A stretch of DNA of 64,000 bases from a virus (lineage: Duplodnaviria; Caudoviricetes), in IMG/VR virus record IMGVR_UViG_3300037851_000141, positions 64,001 through 128,000 of that record; one strand, written 5' to 3'. Numbering within the stretch: the first letter of the stretch is position 1; each line of letters begins with the position of its first letter. The notes beneath the pieces were generated by a model. It was not told the origin of the DNA and did no database searches. It saw only the letters and a program-made list of their open reading frames with translations. The translations under genes were made by a program, and so were the position numbers. Positions 8,089 to 17,500 of the stretch are shown piece after piece.

Positions 8089-10446
8089 TTAGAATGTTGA
8101 CACTCTTGTTCCAGGAGATAGTATTATGTCAAAGTTTCCTGTTCCAGCATAATCTGTCTTTGAGACTCCTTTACTTGTATTTGATTCCTGAGCAATAACA
8201 TAAACTGGAGTAACATTATCAAACCAAGTAAACGAATAACTTCCATTTCCTACTCTTGTGGTCTGCATGATCAAAACATCTGTAGTTGAATTATACATTT
8301 TTATAGTTACAGTACCGCCACTTGAATTTGTTATATTACCAGAAACCGTGTAAGTATAATTATGCCAAGATAACCACGCAACAGCCGATACAGTTCTGTC
8401 TAATGGAGTATCACAAGTAACGTCAGTACTATTTCCGATAGGATCAAATTCATATTGGGATGTTGGTTGATTTGTATAACATTTTATTAATGGACACAAT
8501 CTCATACAGGAATATCGAACACCCAATCCAGTATCAATTCCAGTTAATCCTGGGTTTGTTGCGACCCAACCTAAACTGGCACCACGCTTAAATCTTAATA
8601 CACCAACTGAATACGCATCAGAACCATTATCAAATTGTTCATATCCAACACAACAAATAGCATATGATGATGCGTCTGGAATATTCCAATTAATTGTTTT
8701 GGTTGTTCTCAATCCAGTTGCCCAATCACTTGAAGATGTTGCGGATTTAATGTTTAATAAAGCACAAGTTGTTTTGTTGGATGAACTATAACTACATGAA
8801 TATAAAATATAAGATACGGCAGACATACCACCACCATTAGCCGGCGTTGTATCATATCTTGTTTTTATTGTTAAAGTATTTCTACCTCTAACGAAACTTA
8901 TTCCAGAACCGGCAATACCACCAGAATCCCAACGTTGAATTACTGGTATTGGTCCTGCGGTAGATGCTGGTGGAACTGTGTATGTTCTAGCAGATTGAGA
9001 ACCGAATGCTAACAATAAGTTTCCTGGGTCTGCTGATTGGTGTGATATTACTAAACTACCAGCACGAACTAAAGATGGGTTAGCATCTAAAATATTAAAT
9101 TGTACTTCTTTAACTGTTTGATCTGATTCAGTTGTTCCTGCTCCGTATGCGTCAGTTACACCGTGAGGGAAAATTAACTGTTGAAGTACTGTACTGTTTT
9201 CAGTTGGCTTGGTAAATGTATATGTAACAGTTAATAGAGCGCCGGCATGAGCCAATGTTGCGCCGGTTGCTGATGTTACTCTGGCCTTGATATCATGAGC
9301 AGAAGAATATGAAACGTCATTTCGTATCCATTGAATAATAGTATATAAGTCTGACTGTTGTGATGCGTCAAATGTTGCTAATAGTGTTTCTGTTTCAGTA
9401 TCTATTTGTCCATAAAAAGACCAGTCTGTTGTACCAGCTTCGTCAGTATTGAATAAATATTGTAAATACGTATCTGAACCAGAAATACTAGATTCTGGTA
9501 AAAATGATGATAAATTTGGCCAGTCTCCAGATTGCCCTATTAATGTTTGGGACGTACCAATTGCTCCAGTTAAACTATCAACGGGAAGTTTTATGGTTTT
9601 TATATGCGTTGATGATGTATCATCTTGATCATATGTTATAATAATCTCAGATGACCCGAAAATCGTATTATCTGATCCTTGGGTGCCTCTACCACAGAAG
9701 GAAAACCAAGCACTAAATGTGTGCGAATTTCCTGATGCCCAAGCTGTACTTGTGATGCTAGTTATATCTATATCTAGTATATGCGACCAAGATTCTCCGT
9801 GTGTTGTCTGGTTTGTTGTTGTCCAATCGGCAACTAAAGCTGAACTTGTCCCACCATCCCAGGCTCCACGAATATACAGTCTTTCCAATGATACAATTTC
9901 AGATGAACCGAATATTATACGAAGGGAAGCAAACCGTATATTTCTCGGAGATGTCATATCTGGAATAGTAATAGATTTGGCAGAAGCAAATTCCCATTGT
10001 ACACCAGCAGATAAAGATGACAGGGTACCGCCAGTTCCAACTCCAGTACGACGCATTCTAACATAATACCATGGACCATCGGATTCACTATTTACTTGAG
10101 TTGTAACGAAATCGTCGCTTGGAAATGAAATTGTTGCGTTGTCTGTTGGAAGTGTAGTTACGCCAGTAGAAGTCCATCCACCAGATCCATATCTTTCCCA
10201 TAAAACTGTACCTGTAGGCGCGGTCGAAGTATCAAATGACATACAAACTGGTTTTCTTGTAAATCCGAAATAAATTTCGTCATTGACCGCGCCGCCCATT
10301 GGAACGTCTGCCGTAGCTGAACTATTTATATCAGTAGTTTCATCTAACCAAACTCCAGCTATCTGAGTCCAACATTTGCCAACACCCATTGTAGAATATA
10401 CCGTGTTTCCACCAGCAAATTGAACTGTATTAACTATAGTAGTCAT
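8089..10446 (-). CDS. Putative virion structural protein (785 aa) with tandem beta-rich repeats and a C-terminal beta-sandwich
   Basis: Ser/Thr/Gly-rich ORF in the late fibre block; C-terminal 'YTVSGNITNSSGGTVTIKMYN...GNGSYSFTW' resembles carboxypeptidase-regulatory-like beta-sandwich domains. Confidence 0.6.
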   Translation of the reverse strand: MTTIVNTVQFAGGNTVYSTMGVGKCWTQIAGVWLDETTDINSSATADVPMGGAVNDEIYFGFTRKPVCMSFDTSTAPTGTVLWERYGSGGWTSTGVTTLPTDNATISFPSDDFVTTQVNSESDGPWYYVRMRRTGVGTGGTLSSLSAGVQWEFASAKSITIPDMTSPRNIRFASLRIIFGSSEIVSLERLYIRGAWDGGTSSALVADWTTTNQTTHGESWSHILDIDITSITSTAWASGNSHTFSAWFSFCGRGTQGSDNTIFGSSEIIITYDQDDTSSTHIKTIKLPVDSLTGAIGTSQTLIGQSGDWPNLSSFLPESSISGSDTYLQYLFNTDEAGTTDWSFYGQIDTETETLLATFDASQQSDLYTIIQWIRNDVSYSSAHDIKARVTSATGATLAHAGALLTVTYTFTKPTENSTVLQQLIFPHGVTDAYGAGTTESDQTVKEVQFNILDANPSLVRAGSLVISHQSADPGNLLLAFGSQSARTYTVPPASTAGPIPVIQRWDSGGIAGSGISFVRGRNTLTIKTRYDTTPANGGGMSAVSYILYSCSYSSSNKTTCALLNIKSATSSSDWATGLRTTKTINWNIPDASSYAICCVGYEQFDNGSDAYSVGVLRFKRGASLGWVATNPGLTGIDTGLGVRYSCMRLCPLIKCYTNQPTSQYEFDPIGNSTDVTCDTPLDRTVSAVAWLSWHNYTYTVSGNITNSSGGTVTIKMYNSTTDVLIMQTTRVGNGSYSFTWFDNVTPVYVIAQESNTSKGVSKTDYAGTGNFDIILSPGTRVSTF

Positions 10447-10477
10447 TTAAGCTTCTCCGAAAGAGTATTATATTGTA

Positions 10478-13400
10478 TCATGTTTTCTTAACCTTTAATG
10501 TCAATCGTAGATTAGAACAATTTGATGCTGATTTAAGATAATATCCAACAACATCATTTCTGACAATAGTTGTATTAGTCCAGCCAGATAAGTCTGTGTT
10601 TCTTACATATTGCTGATTAGTTAGGATTGGATTGCCCGTTCCCGAAATCTTATTTGCCACTGTTGGAATATTATCATTAACTTTCCAGACTTCAATTTCG
10701 GCAGACGCACCAGATGTATTAGCCAACATGGTGTATGCCATTATAGTGCCATTATAACTTATTGTGTTATATCCTATAGATCCTGATATTGGAGTTGACC
10801 CACCACCATCAAATACAACACCAGTATCAACCAATAGAACATCAGCATCCGAATCTATATTAGCATCGGTTACTGAGGATAAACTGCCACCAGCACCACC
10901 AGATATTGTAATAGTTTGTCCTGATTGAATTAATTGAATGTTTGGGCCTGCTGATAAAACAACTGCACCAGATAATCCATTTATAGTTGTTCCATTTCCA
11001 CCAGTTATATTGTCTATTTGGAATTGTAGATATCCACTTATTTCAGCAGTTTCAACATCAGTTACGTATCTTAATGGTAATATATTGCTAACCCAAGTTT
11101 CATCTTGTATTGAGTTATTGACACTGACCAGATTATTTCTATTAGTTAATTGGCCTGAATAATCTGGTCCGACACTTGTAAACCAGAATTTAGAATTTTG
11201 TAATGTTATTGAAGTTGACGTTTCTACATTTATAAATCTCTTACTATTGTGTGAATCGACCCCTTGAATTATAAACTCTTTGGAATAACATCCGTATAAG
11301 CCAACACCATCACAAGAAGAAATATTATATGCTATACCTGGAGTGTCTGGCATTATAGCAGCACGATATGTTGTTGCTTCGGTTCCACAACCATTTAATG
11401 TAATTGCTTTACTGGCTGAGAAGTTGTATCCATAAGAACAACTATCAGCAGAACAACCTTGGAATGAACAATATGATGATGATTGAATGAGATATCCACA
11501 ATAGATGGCACCATTCGCATAGCAACTTAACCAAGAACAACCTGTAGCTGTTGATACTCTCCAAGCATTACCACCAATATCTTCGGTACGGCAATTCTTC
11601 CAACAACTTGATACTGGTATACTGATTCTATATCCATCTCCAGCCATTTGATATAATTTAATATTTTCATATAAGTTATTAAGGGCATTATTTGTTGCGT
11701 CTACTCTGATACCACTACTATTTGTCGCATCTATACCAGCACCACGAATACCAATATCTCTTATTATTAGATAGTGTATGTCATTACCAACTCCACCATC
11801 TAACATATATTGAGTTCCGCCACCATTCCAAGTAGCACCTACACCATAAACATTTGTTCTTATTTCAGATGCTTCGGCACCAACACCCATTATTTCTATA
11901 TAACTGTATATTGTTAATGGTTGACTAATTAAGTATATACCTTCTGGGAAGAATACTACACCACCACTAACTGCCGCAGTATTTATGGCATTTTGTATTG
12001 ATGTTGTATCATCGCTAGAATTATCACCTTTAGCTCCAAAATCCTTAACATTATAGAATATCTTAGTTTGTAATTGTCCAGATATTGTTGATACTTGTGT
12101 TGTTGTAGCATAATTACCGGAGACACTAACCGTAAATGTATTAGCTGGAGACTCAACAACTTGTATTCCGTTACCACCTAATACTGTAGAACCCCCTCCT
12201 GGTTGAATGTTATCTATCTCATATTGTAAGTAACCGGAAATATTAGATACTTCTGTGCGATAAATGTCTGGAACTGATGCGCCGCTACTAACTATTCTTC
12301 CTATTGAGTCTGATACTAATATCTTACCATCAACAATAGGAGTCGTGAGTGAACCAGATGTACTTATGTTTCCGGTTGCGCTTATTATTTCGTTTACGTA
12401 TAATCTTTTACCTACCGCAACACCACCAGCAACAACTAATGCGCCTGAAGTTGAATTCGTTGACACAGTAGTGGCAGGAATATATACTTCGGTGTGATTT
12501 GTTGATTTGCCAAGAATAATTTGTTTTGACTTGGTTGATGTTGCTTGATATCCTATTGCTACACTTGTATCGAATCCATTAGTCGTTGCCTCTCGACCGA
12601 TAACAACTGAATTTGATCCGCCAGCACTAGCATCTTTTCCAAGGGCAACACCACCTATGCCTGCCGAAGTTGCTCTACCTACGATAACACAGTCTGTGGC
12701 TGTATCTGATGGTCTACCTATGATTACGGAGTTTGTTGTTGATCCAAAACTACCGCCATTAGATAGTATGACCGCATTTGTAGCGTTATTTGCTCCTAAA
12801 TCTACATTATTTCCTACCAATAGAATATTATAAGATGTACTTGTTTTGTTTAATGTTGATCCAATAAATACATCTGGTGTCGTGGAACCAGCGCAAGTTA
12901 TTGTTATGTTTCTACCGAGTAATAGTCCTCCCAGATTATCTTTTACATCATTCCACGTATTATTATTGCCTATATTAATACCGTTACGAGTAGGAGAATA
13001 TTCGATTCTTGTTGCTCCACTGGTTCCAGCATACGCAACCAATGCTCCGCTAATCTGTAGCGTTTCACTTCCCGAAGGTATCAAGCCAATTCCGACTTTT
13101 CTTGTGGATTGAATTATATTTGAGTCGGAGAGTTTTCCTCCACTAACAACTGGTATATACGTTTCGGTTAATCCATTTGATCCAATATAATTACCAGAGA
13201 CGCTAACCGTAAAAGTATTAGCTGGAGACTCAACAACTTGTATTCCAGTTCCACCTAATACTGTTGATCCTACTCCCGGTTGAATGTTATCTATCTCATA
13301 TTGTAGATAAGCAGACACCGCAGCAGTTTCGGTTCTTAGAGTATAATCTGATAATGGAATAGCATTTATCTGTTGTTGTAATGACCCGGTTAAACTAGAT

Positions 13401-16400
13401 ACTTGAGAAACCGTAGCATAATCACCAGAAACACTTACTATAAATGTATCGTTTGGAGATTCTATGACTTGTATACCATTTCCACCTAAAACAACTGTAG
13501 TATCAACTGGACTTATACCGTTTATCTGATTCTGTAAATATCCAGATATATCAGAAACTTCGGTTCTTCCAATATAATCATTTGCTTGTGCTTGTGTTAA
13601 GTGATAGTATTCTCCTAATGTTCCGCCTTGTAAATTAGCAAGAGTATTATGATCGGTACTTCCTCCAGATATAGAAGCAGAAATAGTTATTTGGTTACTT
13701 CCATTATCAGTTATTTGTATATTTGAGCCTTGAACTAATGTAAGAGTTCCAGATAAATTATTTAACTTATTTACATATGTTGCTGATTCTATAACATCCA
13801 ACCTTCCATCTAATGACCCACTCAAAGTAGCAACAGTAGATGATCCGATGTAATCAGCATATTGCGCAGATGTAAGATGGAAGTATTCGCCAGCAGTTCC
13901 ACCCTGTAATCCACTTAAATTATTATGTGTGTTTGTACTTGACGTTGTGATATTTACACTTTGATTTTTAATATTAACTACATCAACGATTCTTGCATCG
14001 CCATTTGTTGCTGAGAATGATAAAGAATATTGATGGGTTATACGATATAATGCGATAGTTTCAGAAAATGGAAAATTACCTAAAGATAATGATGATAATG
14101 ACTCAGATTGCGCTAAGGCCAATGATGTGTAAATGGTCTGCCCAGGAATAATAAAAACTCCACCAGTACCTATGGAATTCGTAACTAATACATAATAATT
14201 TACCCAGCGGTTATTGGTTGTTATATCTGTTAATTGCCAAGTTGCACCAGTATATTGATTATATCTAATGTTTCCGGCGTTGATAAAATATGGATATGCT
14301 TCGGTTGAACTCCAAGTCCAGTCGCCAGAACCACCACTACGATATAATACAGTGTAAGGTCCACCACTAACTACACCAGACACAACATTTATTATATCCT
14401 CATCAAAAAAGTCTCCAGTAGATATTGAATATTTGTTATCTGCTGGTATATCTGAATTTAAGTTATAACTGCCTATAGTTAATCCACTCTTATATTGAGA
14501 ACCGCGAGTAAAATGTAAATAATTGTGGGTCACGGCATCCATTATTGTTCCGTGACGTTCTTCCAACAAGAAATACTTAGACAGCGTTGCATCAAGATAA
14601 ACATAAGCAATAGGTATAGTGGTTAGAAGATCCCAAAGTGTAGTCGAATATGTAAGAATACCGCTTAAATTATAATAGAAATAATGAGAACCTGATGTTG
14701 CTGTTATAACCTTTTGTTGTACACCAGTTTTACGTATTTTAGATCCACGACTATATATGTTATGCCCGCCGGAAATAGTAAATGTGAGTGAACCTAAATC
14801 AAAACCGATAACTGAGTCTGTTCTGTTCTCAAATCCAGTAGGTTCAAGTAATCCAGCAGAAATAGCGTCTGAAACTGAGGTTAATTGATTTTGTAAATAA
14901 GCAGATATCGCAGCAGATTCGGTTCTTAGTGTGTATAAGTTGAACTTGTTATTGATGAAACCAGATACAGCAGCAGTTTCAGTACGGAGTGTATATGAGG
15001 ATAAAGGGATAGCGTTAATTTGTTGTTGTAATGATCCTGTTAAACTTGATACTTGTGATACTGTGGCGTAATTACCAGAAACACTAACTGTAAATGTATT
15101 TGTAGGAGATTCAACAACTTGGATTCCTGAGCCGCCGCGAACATCAATACTATTTATTTGATTTTGTAAATAACCTGATACAGCAGAAGTTTCGGTTCTA
15201 GTTGTATACGAATTGAATTTATTATTTAAGAACCCTGAAATAGCGGCAGTTTCAACTCTAGTAGTATAAGCTGAAAGTGGTATAGTGTTTATTTGATTTT
15301 GTAAATAACCAGATACAGCAGATGTTTCGGTTCTTAATGTATAGCTTGATAGTGGGATATTATTAATTTGTTGTTGTAAATTACCTGAGATAGAACTTAC
15401 TTGAGAAACCGTAGCGTAATCACCAGAAACAGAAACAGTAAATATATCATTTGGAGATTCTATAACTTGAATACCATTACCACCTAATATTGTTGTTTTA
15501 TCACTTGGATCTATAGCATTTATTTGATTTTGTAAATAACCAGAAATATCAGAGGTTTCAGTTTTGGTAATGTAAGTTGATTCAACATTTCCAAGTCTTA
15601 TGTCGATTGGATTGGTTATATCAGTAATATTTGACGTAATTGCTATATAACCATCTGTCTCTGGAAACATTAACGTTATATCGCCAGACTGACCAGGATT
15701 TCCGGCAATAGTTATTTCTTCGCCAGCAACATCCAACGTCGATAAATCAAATTTTAACAATTTATCGGGTTGAGAATCATAATATATAGCAAAATCAGAA
15801 TCACTAAATCTATTGGTCGTTATTATAGAATTTCCGCCAGATTGACTATCTCCAAATTTACCGGCATGTATTATTTCGTAATCTAGTGGATTGTTAAAAT
15901 TCGATATTCCTTCTTTAACTAATATCCAACCTCTAAAAGAAGCATCATAAAAATTCTCAGCAGGATTTTCGAAAGCTTCAGTTCTTATTCCGGCTAAAGC
16001 CAATTCTTTTGTAAGGTATGTGTTTTGTCCATAGAATATATACGTTCTTCCAGATTGACCAAATAAATATATTCTCTGGATAGTCCAATTATTACTAGAA
16101 ACTGATTGTAGTGTTCCAGAACCATCATCATAACTATTTGGTGAAATTAATGTTTGTAATGTTGAATATATTACTCGGCCTTCTGTTGCTGAACGATATA
16201 CATAGAAAAATGATACGGGATTTGACTCAGCTTGTATAGATAAATGTGGATTTAATATTGTGTTTATTGTATTGGAATTTAATCTATAAATCGAACCAGA
16301 TGATTTCTTTAATGTCAAATCGGATGATGGATTTCCCGGTTCGTATATATTTCCTTCTATATTTATTGACCCTATTGATGACGCCAAATCTGCATATTGG

Positions 16401-17416
16401 TTATATAAATCAACTGGATATGGTTGAATATTTGACACAAAGTTAACTGTACCATCTCTATGTATTACTTTACCGAGTTGAATTAAGTTTCTAAAGTTTT
16501 CGGGTGTTGGAGATTCTGGTATAAATTGAGGAGAGCCAGATAAATCCATATAAACCATAGAAAAATCAGACGATGATATGGTTGGAACGGTTACAGTTTG
16601 TGTCATCCAAATTACTATACGTGATGTAACTGAATTTCCAGAATCTAATGAACTAGGATCTACAATTTGGCCGACTCCACCGGAAATAGTAATTGTTGTT
16701 GGACTTGCTACAGATAACTGCCCGCCTTGGATTATACCAGTAGATGAATGTGATAGAGCGGTTTGTCTAGCAAAATATGCGTTTCTTGCTGCACCATCGA
16801 TACCAAGTTTGACATTAGTAGGATATTGAACATTATAAAAGTACAGTGGATTTGATGGAGAATAATCGATATCTTGTGCGCTTAATCCAGTAACAATAGT
16901 ATTTGTATATGATATCGATTGATTGTATGAATTAGCTGACGCCGAATCAACATAACTTATTAAAGCATAAGAACCCGATACACTAACTGTAAAAGAATCA
17001 TTCGGAGACTCGACAACAGATATGCCGTTTCCACCAAATATTATAGTTTTATCACTTGGGTCTATGGCATTTATTTGATCTTGTAAATAACCGGATACAG
17101 CAGAGGTTTCAGTCCTTAGTGTGTAATTTGATAAAGGTATATTGTTTATTTCATTTTGTATATAAGAACTAATTCCTTGAACTTCTGACTTTGTTATATA
17201 AGATGATTCTATTACATCAATCCTATTATCTAATCCAGCACTTATATTTTGTAATTCTGTCCTTAATGAATCTAAATTTCCGCTTGATGCTATTGTGGTT
17301 ATATCTACTGAACTTGATATGAATTTTCCAGTTGAATCAAGGATAACTATTTCATTATTATTTCCGGCTAATGTATCTACCACTAGACCTTTTTTTATAT
17401 GCCATTCCCCGGCCAT
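10478..17416 (-). CDS. Giant tail fibre/tailspike (~2312 aa) with a YadA-like head segment and a pectin-lyase-like beta-helix
   Basis: Start refined to ATG 17416 (MAGEWH; AAGGGG RBS). 'YNVKDFGAKGDNSSDDTTSIQNAINTAAVSGGVVFFPEGIYLIS' is the Pectate_lyase_3-type N-terminal motif; 'GVALGKDASAGGSNSVVIGREA...SVAIGYQA' is a YadA/Hep_Hag head-type repeat; six ESP repeats. Confidence 0.85.
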   Translation of the reverse strand: MAGEWHIKKGLVVDTLAGNNNEIVILDSTGKFISSSVDITTIASSGNLDSLRTELQNISAGLDNRIDVIESSYITKSEVQGISSYIQNEINNIPLSNYTLRTETSAVSGYLQDQINAIDPSDKTIIFGGNGISVVESPNDSFTVSVSGSYALISYVDSASANSYNQSISYTNTIVTGLSAQDIDYSPSNPLYFYNVQYPTNVKLGIDGAARNAYFARQTALSHSSTGIIQGGQLSVASPTTITISGGVGQIVDPSSLDSGNSVTSRIVIWMTQTVTVPTISSSDFSMVYMDLSGSPQFIPESPTPENFRNLIQLGKVIHRDGTVNFVSNIQPYPVDLYNQYADLASSIGSINIEGNIYEPGNPSSDLTLKKSSGSIYRLNSNTINTILNPHLSIQAESNPVSFFYVYRSATEGRVIYSTLQTLISPNSYDDGSGTLQSVSSNNWTIQRIYLFGQSGRTYIFYGQNTYLTKELALAGIRTEAFENPAENFYDASFRGWILVKEGISNFNNPLDYEIIHAGKFGDSQSGGNSIITTNRFSDSDFAIYYDSQPDKLLKFDLSTLDVAGEEITIAGNPGQSGDITLMFPETDGYIAITSNITDITNPIDIRLGNVESTYITKTETSDISGYLQNQINAIDPSDKTTILGGNGIQVIESPNDIFTVSVSGDYATVSQVSSISGNLQQQINNIPLSSYTLRTETSAVSGYLQNQINTIPLSAYTTRVETAAISGFLNNKFNSYTTRTETSAVSGYLQNQINSIDVRGGSGIQVVESPTNTFTVSVSGNYATVSQVSSLTGSLQQQINAIPLSSYTLRTETAAVSGFINNKFNLYTLRTESAAISAYLQNQLTSVSDAISAGLLEPTGFENRTDSVIGFDLGSLTFTISGGHNIYSRGSKIRKTGVQQKVITATSGSHYFYYNLSGILTYSTTLWDLLTTIPIAYVYLDATLSKYFLLEERHGTIMDAVTHNYLHFTRGSQYKSGLTIGSYNLNSDIPADNKYSISTGDFFDEDIINVVSGVVSGGPYTVLYRSGGSGDWTWSSTEAYPYFINAGNIRYNQYTGATWQLTDITTNNRWVNYYVLVTNSIGTGGVFIIPGQTIYTSLALAQSESLSSLSLGNFPFSETIALYRITHQYSLSFSATNGDARIVDVVNIKNQSVNITTSSTNTHNNLSGLQGGTAGEYFHLTSAQYADYIGSSTVATLSGSLDGRLDVIESATYVNKLNNLSGTLTLVQGSNIQITDNGSNQITISASISGGSTDHNTLANLQGGTLGEYYHLTQAQANDYIGRTEVSDISGYLQNQINGISPVDTTVVLGGNGIQVIESPNDTFIVSVSGDYATVSQVSSLTGSLQQQINAIPLSDYTLRTETAAVSAYLQYEIDNIQPGVGSTVLGGTGIQVVESPANTFTVSVSGNYIGSNGLTETYIPVVSGGKLSDSNIIQSTRKVGIGLIPSGSETLQISGALVAYAGTSGATRIEYSPTRNGINIGNNNTWNDVKDNLGGLLLGRNITITCAGSTTPDVFIGSTLNKTSTSYNILLVGNNVDLGANNATNAVILSNGGSFGSTTNSVIIGRPSDTATDCVIVGRATSAGIGGVALGKDASAGGSNSVVIGREATTNGFDTSVAIGYQATSTKSKQIILGKSTNHTEVYIPATTVSTNSTSGALVVAGGVAVGKRLYVNEIISATGNISTSGSLTTPIVDGKILVSDSIGRIVSSGASVPDIYRTEVSNISGYLQYEIDNIQPGGGSTVLGGNGIQVVESPANTFTVSVSGNYATTTQVSTISGQLQTKIFYNVKDFGAKGDNSSDDTTSIQNAINTAAVSGGVVFFPEGIYLISQPLTIYSYIEIMGVGAEASEIRTNVYGVGATWNGGGTQYMLDGGVGNDIHYLIIRDIGIRGAGIDATNSSGIRVDATNNALNNLYENIKLYQMAGDGYRISIPVSSCWKNCRTEDIGGNAWRVSTATGCSWLSCYANGAIYCGYLIQSSSYCSFQGCSADSCSYGYNFSASKAITLNGCGTEATTYRAAIMPDTPGIAYNISSCDGVGLYGCYSKEFIIQGVDSHNSKRFINVETSTSITLQNSKFWFTSVGPDYSGQLTNRNNLVSVNNSIQDETWVSNILPLRYVTDVETAEISGYLQFQIDNITGGNGTTINGLSGAVVLSAGPNIQLIQSGQTITISGGAGGSLSSVTDANIDSDADVLLVDTGVVFDGGGSTPISGSIGYNTISYNGTIMAYTMLANTSGASAEIEVWKVNDNIPTVANKISGTGNPILTNQQYVRNTDLSGWTNTTIVRNDVVGYYLKSASNCSNLRLTLKVKKT

Positions 17417-17487
17417 ATTTTTATCCCCTTCCAAACGATCCAGAGATTCGTCGTCCAACGGTTAAATTGGATTAGGTTGTACGCCCA

Positions 17488-17495
17488 TATTTATA
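17488..17495 (-). promoter_or_regulatory. T4-type late promoter for the giant fibre gene
   Basis: Exact TATAAATA in the intergenic gap, about 70 nt upstream of ATG 17416. Confidence 0.6.
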
Positions 17496-17500
17496 TCATT

